A DNA stretch of 64,000 bases, from assembly GCA_949358305.1 (NCBI GenBank), contig OX442314.1, positions 21,514,001 to 21,578,000 on the forward strand, read 5' to 3'. A program made the translations under genes and the position numbers. The notes under the pieces were generated by a model. That model searched no databases. It was not told where the DNA came from and saw only the letters and a program-made list of their open reading frames with translations. Numbering within the stretch: position 1 is the first letter of the stretch; each line of letters opens with the position of its first letter. Positions 49,864 through 64,000 of this stretch are shown one piece after another. Source of the DNA: Strigamia acuminata. Lineage: Eukaryota.

Positions 49864-52359
49864 ATGGCTTCATCTATGAATCAATTTTTTAAAGGTAGAA
49901 GTGTATTTATTACCGGTGCAACGGGCTTTTTAGGGAAAGTTCTGTTGGAAAAACTGTTACGCACATGTCCTGATGTTCGTGCTGTTTATATTCTTATACG
50001 GCCAAAGAAAGGTAAAGATGTGGCTCAGCGTAAAAATGAATTGCTCAGTTCAAAAGTAAGAACCGTATAAATAATTTTTGAAATCATACTAAATAACAAT
50101 AAATTTTATGTATTAGGCATTTGACCGGATAAAAGCAAATAATTCTACACTTCTTGAAAAAATAAAGGCCCTAAATGGCGACATTTCTCTTCCTTTACTT
50201 GGACTTGATTCAACCGATGTTGAGTTATTAGCTCACAATGTATCGATAGTATTCAACTCGGCAGCAACTATTAAATTTGAAGAGCCAATAAAAGATGCCA
50301 TTAAAACCAATATGTTATCCATAAGGCATTTGCTTCAGGTGTGCCAAAAGATGATCCAACTTGCAGTAAGAATATTATATAATTCAAACATTTGCTGTCG
50401 CACAATATTTTCATTTATTTTTTGTAAAAAGGCCGTAATTCACGTGTCAACGGCATATTCAAATTGCAACAGATCGTCTATTGAAGAGATTGTTTATAAC
50501 CCGATTATAAATCCTTCGAAAGTTATTGAAATATTTGAGTGAGTTAAAGAATTATGCTTTGAGTATTAATTGTCAAAAATAATTTCCTATGCAGCAATCT
50601 CAATGACGAAATGGCAGAAAAGATTTGTCCAATAATACTAGGAGAATTTCCGAATACATACACATACACCAAATTCTTAGCAGAATATCTATTCGTGGAA
50701 GAAGGTGGTAACTTACCACGAGCTATAATTCGACCAGGAGCTGTAACATGTGCATGGGAAGATCCTTTTCCTGTGAATTCAATAATATTTCTATCGATTG
50801 TATTGTTTATTTAATTATTTTTAATATTAGGGTTGGATTGATAGTTGGAGTGTATGGGGTGGCTTTGGAATTGCCGTAAGTAAATTGACTCGCACTCACA
50901 AGCACATAGTATTATAATTACAAGTTGAGGCATGTACAGTCATGGTCATAAAAACTGTCCTAGTCCAGCTTGATGCTCACCTGCAGAATGAGCGTATTTG
51001 ATTATGATTGTATTGTATCCACCAGGTAGTGTAAAAACTTACTGATGTGCAGGACTGGACTGGAAACAAATTTATTGCCGTGAAATCTGGATGTCCGGGC
51101 CACAATTAATGAAGTTGGTTCAGGCCACAGCGGGCCGCGACAGGCTACAGCGGTCACGGGCCACCGGGAAACTCCCGGTAGCCCGCCGCCGCCGGGCCAG
51201 TCCAGCAATGCTGATATGTTGCGACATATTGACATTTACATGATGTCACTCTACCAAATACGCTCATTCTGCAGCTTTATAACACATCAGCTTATAATAA
51301 ATGAATTCATATGAATACTATCCTTCTTACATTTTAATTATCGTGCATTAAATATAGATGGGACTAGGAATTACTCAGGATGTATGCTGTAATTCGAAAA
51401 TGGCTACACACATTGCTCCAGTTGATTTCTGTGTAAATATGTTTATTACTGCAGCAAGAGAAATTATCCTCAACAAGTAAAATATCTAAGAATTATTGTA
51501 ATTTTTGTAAAATCACATTCTCAGAAATCCTAACTCCGATGTTTTCGTTTAGACCTGCTACAGTCAAAGTTTACCACTGTGCATCTGGTGGCGCTACAAA
51601 AATTACTTCAGGCACCTTTATAAACCTATGGACGAAATATTCGACTAAATTTCCCCTAAATAATATGATACGAAGACCAAGCGCAACCATTTTCCGTAGT
51701 TATTTCGCTCAACGCATATTCAGTTTTTGGGATTATTACACCTTTTTGTGTCCAATGGATTGTTTATTGCAAATAACTGGCAATAAACCTTTGTAAGTGT
51801 GACTATTTTTATTGTAATTCCTTTGATTGATGGAAAACCATGCGATTTAATAGTTTGCGAAAAGTATATCATGAATTCAGCAAGAATTTAAAACCTATAC
51901 TCTTTTTCGGCACTCACGAATGGCAATTCGGTAATAATAATACACTGCAGTTATGGAATTCCTTAACCACAGAAGAAAAAAAAGTAAACTTGAAATGTTG
52001 CTGTGGGTAGTTATCAAAGCTAACGTAGTGTTTCTTCACTTTCAGATCTTCAATTTTGATTTTAAACAAATTGACTGGGCTCAACATTTAGAAGATTATG
52101 TTTACGGATGCAAAGTATACCACATGAAAGAAAACGTTTCAACGTTACCTGCTGCACGAAGACGTTACAAAATGTATAAGTCAAGTTAATCTTCATAAAA
52201 CTGTTTTATATTATGTTTTTAATCCTTTTTTCCAGATTACTGTGGACAAGTCGTTTTTGGAATATTTTTAAATGGACCTTATTGTCGATTTTCTTAAGAA
52301 AATTGTGGAATATTTTAAAATTGAGAATACCGGTAATAAGCGTGGGTCCACCGATCTAA
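49864..52359 (+). CDS. Fatty acyl-CoA reductase (FAR), copy 2
   Basis: VFITGATGFLGKVLLEKLLR, NTYTYTK, same exon structure as copy 1; stop TAA at 52357-52359. Confidence 0.93.
50981..51274. mobile_element. MITE with a nested hAT-type MITE (51050-51210) in FAR copy 2 intron
   Basis: Outer perfect 20-bp IR CTGCAGAATGAGCGTATTTG. Inner element CAGGACTGGACTGG...CCAGTCCAGCAATG with 8-bp flanks CTGATGTG / CTGATATG. Confidence 0.75.
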
Positions 52360-53710
52360 TTTCTCATGTAGCAGAATGTTTGCCATTTTGCGAAGTTTGA
52401 AGTTTACAATTTAAAAATATTCATCACTATTTATCATTTGAACACAAAATGAAAATAAATATCTCTATCATAGATAAATATTCCTATTTTCATTCACATG
52501 CTCAATAAAAATACATACTTTAAAAGTAATATACCAATTACTAACTGACACCAGATAAGTTACTCTATTCTTCCAAAACAACACTAGAAAATATTTAATT
52601 TTACTTACATTTATTCAGACGTGTCGTTTCAGCCATTATCGTCACAGAAAATGGATTATATCTGCCGGTGTAACTAGTCTACTTCCGGATCCAATTTGGT
52701 ATACCGGTAGTTTAAGTTCTGTACCACAGTAAATTCAAACGTATATTTTCAATATTTTCTTCCTTTTTTTTCGCAACCATCGTTCCAATTGCTATAAATA
52801 AAAAAAAGAAATAAAGCTATTTTTCCCACTGATGACTGATAAAAATACTCACAAAATGTACGTTGCATCAAGCTTGGACGAACACAAGAGCCTTGGACAC
52901 GTGCGCTCACCGTCAAGAAACCATCACCATGTTGTGTCAAATCGTCATATTTGCGAAGTTGTTGCCCGCCACACAGTGGCAAATTTACGAAGTTGATGGT
53001 AACATCTGCTTTGCCCCTTGATGATTGAGAAATTTCTTTTGAACATTATTTTTCTTCACATTTTCCCATTTTTAGACGCTGCTTTCCTCTTCATTCAACT
53101 TTTCACAGCTGTTTTTTCCATTTAATATCGTGCCAGCAAACGCAAAAGTACTGCGCAATGAAACTCTTAATATTGATTCTAGTTCTTAGTATGGTAGCAT
53201 GGTCGTCAGTTTTAGGATTTTGTAAGAATTTATTTTCTTTCATATTTGGATGAGATAACTGACATTTTTACTTTGACATTTTTAGTACCATTTTGTGGTA
53301 AAAATTCGTATTGTTTTCCATTTTTGCCTGGAAACTGTGACAATATAACTAAAACTACTAAAAAACAGCACACATGTCAATTACATAAATTTTTTTCGTC
53401 TTGCTGTCAACGTAAGTGATACAATCTTAGTGACAATAGTTTTCTGTGCTAATGTATAAATTTTATTTCAGCCGTCCTGAAAGCAATCTAGTCAAAGATC
53501 TTCAGTTTGGGGCCGGAAATGATAAACTTATAAATTCTAAATTTAAAAAAAAAGGAAATTTAAAGTGGAATCTTTCTTGTCAATCCTATCAAATAATAAA
53601 AGATTGAAATATAAATAAAATATACGTTTCTGTTTTTTTTCTTTATTTGTAACTTCATAATTCCTCACTTACGCAAATTGTTACGAGGTGGCGATAGCAA
53701 CTAAAACAAA

Positions 53711-55921
<2,211 letters not shown>

Positions 55922-55959
55922 AACTGCAACTATTTTTTTTGTTATAAAATAGTTTTTAT

Positions 55960-58764
55960 TTAATGTTGCGTAATTATTTCCGTGACACGTGCTGGTGATA
56001 TCATGATTTCAGTCGGTCGAACTACTAACGCTTTTTGTATATGACTAGTGAAGTTTTCGCCCAGTTCAGTATGTATGTGATGAACACGGATCCACATCTG
56101 ACCTACGACACAAATTTATAATTAAATACCGCGCGTTTAATAAAGGAAATTTATAAAAATGCAAAAAATAAAAACACCTTTTAAAATTGATGAACCAACA
56201 TGGACTTGTAACTCTAACCCAACATTGGAATAAATAGGATCTTTCGGTTTCGATCGTCCTGCACCCAATTTGTGCGCGACTCGACCCAATTCCAAGGCAT
56301 CGATGTAATGGACGAAACCTGAAAATAAATACATCAATTAGGCCCCCAAAAAATGGCTGCCAGAAGGGGCCCTAGACCAGAAATCTGTTTCTACCATGAA
56401 TATTCAGAAATGACATTTTTATAACATTTTCAAGCAAAAGAAATGCATTTGCAGGCAGAAAAATGCAATTTTATGGGAAATAAATTCGTTTTGAGCTGAA
56501 AAATTGCATTTACAAATGAAAAAAATGCATTTTCTGGTGAAAATAATTAAATTTCTGGTGAAAATAATTAAATTTCTGGTGAAAATAATTAAATTTCTGG
56601 TGAAAATAATTAAATTTCTGGTGAAAATAATTAAATTTCTGGTGAAAATAATTAAATTTCTGGTGAAAATAATTAAATTTCTGGTGAAAATAATTAAATT
56701 TCTGGTGAAAATAATTAAATTTCTGGTGAAAATAATTAAATTTCTGGTGAAAATAATTAAATTTCTGGTGAAAATAATTAAATTTCTGGTGAAAATAATT
56801 AAATTTTTAGTGAAAATAATAAAATTTTTAGTGAAAATAATTAAATTTCTAGTGAAAATAATTAAATTTCTGGTGAAAAAAATGCATTTTCTGGTGAAAA
56901 AAATGCATTTTCTGGTGAAAATTATTGCATTTTTCAGTTAAATGCATTTTAAGCCAAATAATTGCATTTTGTACATGCACCGTGCACCAAGAGGTCCTTT
57001 TGAATTGGTGGGACCCGGGGCATCTGACATTTTGCCCCCCACCCTTCCTAACCGACCCTGCTCGTGATCTCGACTTGGACATACCCGAAGCTTGGCTTGG
57101 CAATGCCGTAACATGCGGTGCTCGCGGTAAAACCGACCAAACGTCAGACCGTGGATCACAAAGTCTAGCAGCGATATCGGACCTGACTCCTTGCGCCACG
57201 ATCATGTCCTTAAACTTGTGCAACGCCGTTCCTTCTTTCATGATTTTATTTATAATATCAGCTCCCTCCTTCCTAGTCGTTGCACTTAACAGATAGAGCA
57301 GTTCGCCGCCCAATTTCGTCGCTAACTCTCTCAAGTCCGCTTTATCGTGTCCCTTCAAACATGACAACGCTTCAGCAACTTCCAAAGCATTTCCAATCGT
57401 ATTGCCAACCGGAGCATCCATCGAACTCAACAGCGCCGACGTCTTAATCCCCATTTTGTACCCCATGTTCACCATAGCGTACGCCAAATTTCTCGCCTCC
57501 TCTTTCGTCTTCATGAACGACCCTCTACCGTATTTGATGTCCAATACGAGCGCCGCCAACCCTTCGGCCGCCTTTTTCGACATAACCGATGCAATAATCA
57601 ACGGCGGGCTGTCAACGGTGGACGTAAGTTCACGGTTTTTGTAGATCACTTGGTCCGCCGGTAGCAGCTCGGTATATTCACTCGTGATGCAACAGCCCAC
57701 CGTGTGCAAGACGGATCTCATCTCTAACGGCGTTAAATTCACTCGAATCCCCGGAATCGATTGAAGTTTTTCCAAAGTCGTGCCGGATAATTCCATGGCT
57801 GTACTGGCAATCATCGGCACCTAGAAACAACTATTTCATTTAAGTAAGGCAGTTTACAATCAAAATCAATCAATTTACAATGTTTTCACTCACTTTTAAA
57901 CCACACACAGCTAAAATCGGAGCTAAAATCAAACTGGTTTTGTCACCAATGCCACCAGTGCTGTGTTTGTCGACCACCAAACGACGCCATTCTTCCGGCC
58001 ATGACAAAATACTACCCGTGTGAATCAATGCTCTTGTCATTGCCACAGTTTCGTCCGTGTTCATCCCGCGTAAATAAATTGCCATCAACATCGCACCTGG
58101 AAATTAAATTTAAATCTAGTCCAAATTTTAATTGTAAATATTGATTAATACCAATTTGAGCTTGCTGGATCGATCCTTCCACTATACTTTTAATAAATAT
58201 CATGATTTCATCAGGAAAAAGCCTTTCTCCGTTTCTTTTTTTCTTAATAATATCATGAATAGTGTTCGCATAGGTTACAACGCTGTAAATGATGTAGAAC
58301 GAACAAATTAATCGTTTAAAAGGTGTACAATGCACTTTGATGATGATTTTTAATTACCCTTTTGAACTTGGTATAATTACTCGAGTGGGAGGTGACAGAG
58401 GGGGTACTTGAGTATCTGCTTGATGTTTTACAATTCTCTTATTTATAGGTAATTCTCTTCTCTCGATTCCCACTTTGCTAACAGATGATGCTTTTCGGGT
58501 GATATTACTGATGGTTGTTTCTATCGAGTGTCTGGAAAGATTGAGCGTGGTTTTTTGTTAGAATGTTTGGTCAATTTGATCAGTATTTTATTACCTTCTG
58601 TGACCGGAACCCAAATTTTGTTTACTCAATTGTGGAGTTAAACTTGAAAAGCCTCCGGGTCCGGGTGGAGTGGGAGGCGAGGGCGATCTCGAAGATGATG
58701 GGGATTTACGGTTTAATGTTGATGAACTTGGAGTTGCGCTTCCTTTTGAAGTTGACGCCGACAT
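55960..58764 (-). CDS. TYMP: Thymidine/pyrimidine-nucleoside phosphorylase-like protein with N-terminal extension and divergent phosphate loop
   Basis: [11 protein letters not shown]...[26 protein letters not shown], PADxxIYxxRE..TVDS.PLIx[23 protein letters not shown]. Extra 5' exons 58595-58764 and 58358-58531 splice in frame. The true start could lie further upstream. Confidence 0.88.
56531..56929. repeat. Minisatellite, 21-bp unit, about 19 copies, in TYMP intron (56319-57084)
   Basis: TTTCTGGTGAAAATAATTAAA repeated, with degenerate copies on both flanks. A CAGGGTCGG end at 57060 (minus strand) suggests it sits inside a hAT-type element. Confidence 0.92.
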
Positions 58765-58972
58765 CGGTATTTCATACTGTAGCAGACAACATTCGAAAAT
58801 ATAATTTCTGTTTTAAGCTAGAGCGTTGTGTTTTTGTAGTATCTATTAATGTCGTTGGATGGCGCTCGCACTCGGTGCTTTTTTGATCTTAAAATATTGA
58901 TCGTACGTATTACGATTTGTTGCATCGGTCATAGATTAGGGTCCTCGGCGGACGGTGTTTTCACATTGAAAA

Positions 58973-61898
58973 ATGGCAGTAGAGTTCGAGAAATTTGAAA
59001 TTACGGACCAAGACCTCGAGGAAGAGTTTAGTACGACCAGACGGAGGTTTAGATTGTCAAAAAATCAACAAATTTATGGTAAAGTTGTGTAGTTGGCATG
59101 CAAAATGAATATTATTTTTACTAAAAATCTCTTTTTTTTATATTTTCTTAGGAATTTGGGCCGAACCCGAGAGCGACGATGACCAACCTTCACGGCCTAG
59201 CTTCTCCCGAAAAAGTTACACGGCCCCCATAAACTTTATTGGTGGTGGTATCCAACAAGCGGGAAAAAATGCAGAGAAAAAAGAAGAAAAGATTTATGAC
59301 AAATCACACAACTCGGTAAATTTTTTCATTATTTAAAAATTCAATTCGACGTTTATTTAGTTCAGGCGTCTTTTTTAGTCTGTCCGTTTACGTTCCGATG
59401 ATTTTTTTTATGAATAATTGTTATTTTAACGAGTGTAATTATTTATTTTAGAGTTCGAGTGATGAGGAGGTTATTTCAGTGAAGTATCCATCACGATTTG
59501 GCAAAGGGAAGAATCAAAGAGGATTTAATCCAATGCCCGGAACTGAGTAAGCATTTCTGTTAATTAAATAATTTTTAAATATATTTAATTTGTATTTTTT
59601 TTAGTGAGTTTGGTGGATGGGAAGAACACACGAAAGGAATCGGTCAAAAATTGCTTCTGCAGATGGGCTACCAACCTGGAAAAGGTCTGGGAAGAGATTT
59701 GCAAGGAATAACTGACCCGGTCGAAGCTAAACAGAGAAAAGGAAGAGGTGCGATTGGGTTGTATGGATCGGAGCGTTCAAAACCGTTGGTAACCAAAGAA
59801 GAGGTGTTGAAAATTGAAGAAAAGAAGACGAAGCAATGGAAAAAGAAACCAGAAGTAAAAAAAAAAAATTAAAAAAAAAATAGAAACATTTTTTAAAAAT
59901 TTTATTTTATTTTATTAGGATTCGCGAAAGAAAGTTAAATACGTTTACAAAACTCCCGAAGAAGTGATAGCTGAAGGTTCAACTCGGAAACTACCGTGCG
60001 ATATGTCCCAACTGAGTAAAGTTAAAGTGATCGACTTAACCGGTCCGGAGCAACGAATTCTATCCGGCTATCACGCGATACATCAACAACACAGCAGACC
60101 AAACGAGCAGGAAGACGACAAAAACACGAAACGTAACTACGATTTACCGGAACTAATCCACAATTTAGATCTACTGCTCGAAATGACCGAACAGGACATC
60201 ATAAGACACGACAGACAAATGAAACACGAGCGCGACATGATCGTCAATCTATCCCACGAAGAGGAACAACTGACCCAAGAGTTGGGACTAGAAAGGGACG
60301 ACATTAAAATGATGGAAAAGATACTCAACATCATCGAGAAATTGGAAGAACGAACCAAACCCGACAGCACCAATCCACTCACGCTTTCTGAATGTGCGGA
60401 CATATTTAAGAAATTACAGGACGAGTTCTACGAAGAATATAAAATGTCAGAATTGGCCAATCTGGCCGTCAGTGTGGTTTGCCCCATTCTAAACGACTAT
60501 TTAAAGGATTGGGACCCGCTGGCCGACCCCAAGCATCCTTTGGACGTGATGCAAGAGTGGAAAGACATTTTGGAACTGTCGAACGTCAAGTTTTTCGACG
60601 GACAGGAGATGGGTCCGTACGAAAAACTCTTTTGGGATGCTTGGATGCCCCGCTTGCGCGACGCGGTGAAGAAATGGAACTGTAGGAATTGCGTACCGTT
60701 TATCGAGCTGTTGGAAGTGTGGTTACCATTTACACCGCCGTGGATACTGGACAATATATTAGATCAGTTGGTTTTTCCGAGATTGCAGCAAGAAGTGGAC
60801 GATTGGAATCCGTTGCAGGACCAAATGTACATTCACGTTTGGCTGCATCCGTGGCTCCCGTTGATGGGTCCACGTTTGGAGCCCCTTTACAGTCCCATTC
60901 GACAGAAGCTGGCAACGGCGATGGTCAATTGGCACGCGTTGGATGATTCTGCGAGGAAAATATTGCATCCGTGGAAGACCGTGTTTCCTCCGGGAGCGAT
61001 GGAAGCATTTGTTGCGAAAAATATTTTGCCTAAATTGGAGCAGTGTATGCAGGAATTTGTCATTAACCCGCACGAACAACATTTAGGTGCGTAATTTGAA
61101 TTAATTTTATGAATTTTATTTATTTGTTTAATTTTTTGTTTTACAGATCATTGGCATTGTGTGATGGCGTGGGAGGAGTTTTTGCCGTTACGGACGTTGG
61201 TGTCGATTTTGGACCGTTATTTCTTTCCGAAATGGCTGAACGTTCTGTGCATTTGGTTGGGACAGAATGGAAACTTCGACGAAGTGAGCAAGTGGTATTT
61301 GGGATGGAAATCGATGTTTTCGGAAAAATTACAGGCGGATCCCATAATTAAAGGTATTATCGTGAAATTAGCTGTTTCGTGCAACGTTTGTGACCAATAT
61401 TTTATTTATAGAACGTTTTAAAAATGCTCTGGATGTGATGAATCGAGCTATGCAATTGGTACCACCGAAAGGACCCGGGATCCCACCAAATTATCCGGGA
61501 GCGCAAGAACTCGTGGCGTACGTGGCATCGCTCGAAAGACAACGCGAGGCAAATTCAACTCGCAACTTTGACGTAATTTATTTATATATTTTTATTTTTT
61601 TTTTTATTTAATATTTTGAATTATTATTTTTTTTTTACAGAGTATTGCACGTGGCATTCGAACTGGTGGGTCGTCTACAAGTAACGTCACTTTAACCTTT
61701 AAGGACCTCATCGAGCGAAGGGCTCAGGAATTGGGCATTGTATTCATGCCCGTACCGAACCGTTTTTACGAAGCGAAACAAGTGCATCGTTTCGGTCGTT
61801 TTCTCCTCTACATCGACCGAGGAGTTATTTTTGTACAAAACGGCAATATGTGGACGCCAACGTCTCTACAAACACTCATTGAATCGGGCCAACGATAA
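58973..61898 (+). CDS. TFIP11: Tuftelin-interacting protein 11 / STIP (G-patch spliceosome disassembly factor, Ntr1-like)
   Basis: [12 protein letters not shown]...[11 protein letters not shown]-patch [40 protein letters not shown] domain [11 protein letters not shown]-terminal FKDLIE...FMP; stop at 61896-61898. Confidence 0.95.
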
Positions 61899-62139
61899 TA
61901 TTATGGAATATTTTGTAAATAATGACTTGTACGGTCGTACAGGATGTATTAAAAGAATTTTAATATTTAGAATTTTTATTTAGTGTCATTAAACTTCGAA
62001 TAAATGCAACTCTCTATTTTGTTTTCATTAAAAAACTTAATTTTATATATTATTTACAAAGGTTTTATTTCAATTTTATTAGTATAAATCAACAAATTCT
62101 CTATCCATTGTGCATTACATATAAAACGTGATAGAAATT

Positions 62140-63007
62140 CTATTCCCGTCGAAGATTATCCAAACGCGCTTGCAAATCCGCATCAGCGTCGCTCACTGGA
62201 CCCGCGGCGACCGCTGCTTTCTTGTTGGCCGGCTGAGCCAGAGAACCGCTGGCACTGGGTAAATCCGACATCTGTTCCGACACCTGGAGACCGAGCTCGT
62301 CCAAAACTTGAGACACGATTGCATCACTATAAAAAAAATTACCAAAATTACCAAAAATATAAAAATAACGACCTCGTTTATTAAAATCAAATAATACCTT
62401 TCCTCTTCGTCGTCATCGTCGCCCATTGCGTCGTCAATCGCATCGTTCATCATTTCTTCTTTCATGTCCATTATTTCCGACTGCTTCTCAAATTCCATCA
62501 TTATTTTTTGAATTTGGGGTAATTTCAACTGAAATATAAGAAAATAAAACATTTAAATCAAATTATTTTAGTTCAATCGTCGTCACACCTGTTTGTTCAT
62601 GTTTTGCATCGCTTTTGTAACTCCCTTCATGGCTTGTGCCATTGCATTCTGGGATCTCAGAGTCTGTATTTTAAGTGCAACTGCCTGAATATTGGCTTTC
62701 ATTAGTATAAACTTTTTCACGTATCTTCTCGTCCTAACTAAATCCTTCGCCATGATTTTAACAGCATCCTGTAAATATAATAATTAATAACAACATTGAT
62801 TCGTTTAAAAGAAAAAATACTCCTCTTTGTTACCATTTGGCCTTCTTTTGCCATTTTCTTAATATCTGCGATTATCTTCTTCTCCTGTTGCTCCATTTTC
62901 GCTCTTTCTCGGTCCAAATCCCTCATTGCCTTGTTCAGGGCCCTTTGGTTCTTCCTCAGCATTTCTTCGGGGGTCATCTTGTGCCCAAAAAGCCATTCTA
63001 GAGGCAT
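62140..63007 (-). CDS. CHMP2A: Charged multivesicular body protein 2a (ESCRT-III, Vps2)
   Basis: MPLEWLFGHKMTPEEMLRKNQRALNKAMRDLDRER, LKLPQIQKIMMEFEKQSEIMDMKEEMMNDAIDD, and C-terminal MIM DADLQARLDNLRRE. Confidence 0.95.
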
Positions 63008-64000
63008 TTTTAAATCCTAAATAGACAAATTGAAATCATTATTGTGTGTGACAATAGTGAGTACATGAATGCGAGTGTGGTGCCATTGTACGGTGGAATA
63101 TAGAATTTATACATTGGATTTTTAGATTTGAATCGACAAATTAAGTTTATAGTGAGTTTCACTAGATTTTTACTTGGTTTGTGGATGGGTTGGTCCAGGT
63201 ATTCTGTGGTGCAAGAATTCGTCACTGTGTCCGTGATTATGAGTGGCGTGGCGTCAGCTGAGGCGCTGTTGTTGCTGGATGGTTGGGACCTCTGGTGCTG
63301 ATTAATGAAAGTAAAGGAAAGAAAGTTGTTTTGGGAAAATAAAAGTTTAGAAAGTATAAAAACTTGGGAAAATGACCTGAAATGTCTCAAAAAATGATTT
63401 TAAAGCTTGAAAAAATAATGTTTTTTTTTATTTTATTTTTGTTCTTGAATATTAATATTTAATTAATTCTTTAAATTTTAATTACATTTGATTTTTAGTC
63501 ACAACTCATATTAATAATAACGTAAACATGCCTGTTTTTTAAATTATGCATGGTTAAGGCCTCGGTTAAGACCATCCGTTTCCGCCCTGCTGCATCTTAT
63601 CTTTTCGTTTTATACAGTTTTAAAAAATAAAAATAAAATAATAAATCATTTTAAAAAAACATGAAAAAAAAATTCGTTTATTTCTGCTTTCTCTCAAAAG
63701 TTCCAGCAAAAAAAAATTGAGTAAATAAATTCATATATTAAAAAAAAAAGCGAAATCGTTTTTTAATCCATTAGCGAATAGCCCCTGAAACGTCATATGT
63801 TATCAACATAGTGGCCATTAATAAAAATGGCGTCAATTGTAAACATAAGGAGGTCAACCGAAACGAGAGTCGAAATTCTACTTCACATTGACCCAATTTC
63901 ACTCTCATCCGTGTGAAAGACTCGAGACTTATTTCCGTTCCTTAAAATTAACGCAAAATGCAAGAAAAAACTAAATATTTCTAAACTATGAACACTCTAC

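Noticed and set aside
52740..53330. Exon-like minus-strand segment with splice-like sites, divergent from PRMT3
   Set aside because: All frames are interrupted by stops and no domain is recognisable. A lncRNA, a pseudogene and random sequence cannot be told apart here.
56504..56941. 145-aa ORF of FLVKIIK repeats
   Set aside because: Translation artefact of a 21-bp intronic minisatellite. The C-terminal part of ORF 56849-57820 is likewise intron read-through beyond the donor at 57084.
55960..58300. TYMP-like gene as a recent bacterial horizontal transfer or contamination
   Set aside because: It has multiple spliceosomal introns, is embedded among animal genes, and TYMP is native to animals.
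60137..61082. Antisense and alternative-frame ORFs overlapping TFIP11, the P450s and PAT1
   Set aside because: Expected shadow ORFs of real coding exons, with no independent motifs.

Overview
AT-rich, intron-containing metazoan DNA with many short (about 55-70 nt) GT-AG introns. It is probably an arthropod, but that is inference. The supplied ORF track gives only exon fragments, so gene models were built by reading splice sites by hand. From left to right: (1) the 3' part of an ODF3/CIMAP1 (SHIPPO-repeat) gene built from at least 20 symmetric 108-nt exons in a higher-order tandem array; (2) a Ca2+-type synaptotagmin; (3) an orphan 7-TM protein; (4) PAT1/PATL1; (5) five tandem clan-2 cytochrome P450 genes, one with a gag-only Copia element in intron 1; (6) two tandem fatty acyl-CoA reductases, head-to-head with the P450 array; (7) PRMT3; (8) a thymidine-phosphorylase-like gene with a degenerate phosphate-binding loop and a long S/P-rich N-terminal extension; (9) TFIP11; (10) CHMP2A. 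Many MITEs, TE remnants and two minisatellites lie in introns and intergenic DNA. No rRNA, tRNA or CRISPR features were found. The best leads are the modular ODF3 exon array, the possible TYMP pseudo-enzyme, and the P450+FAR cluster with conserved ARE/AP-1 elements.
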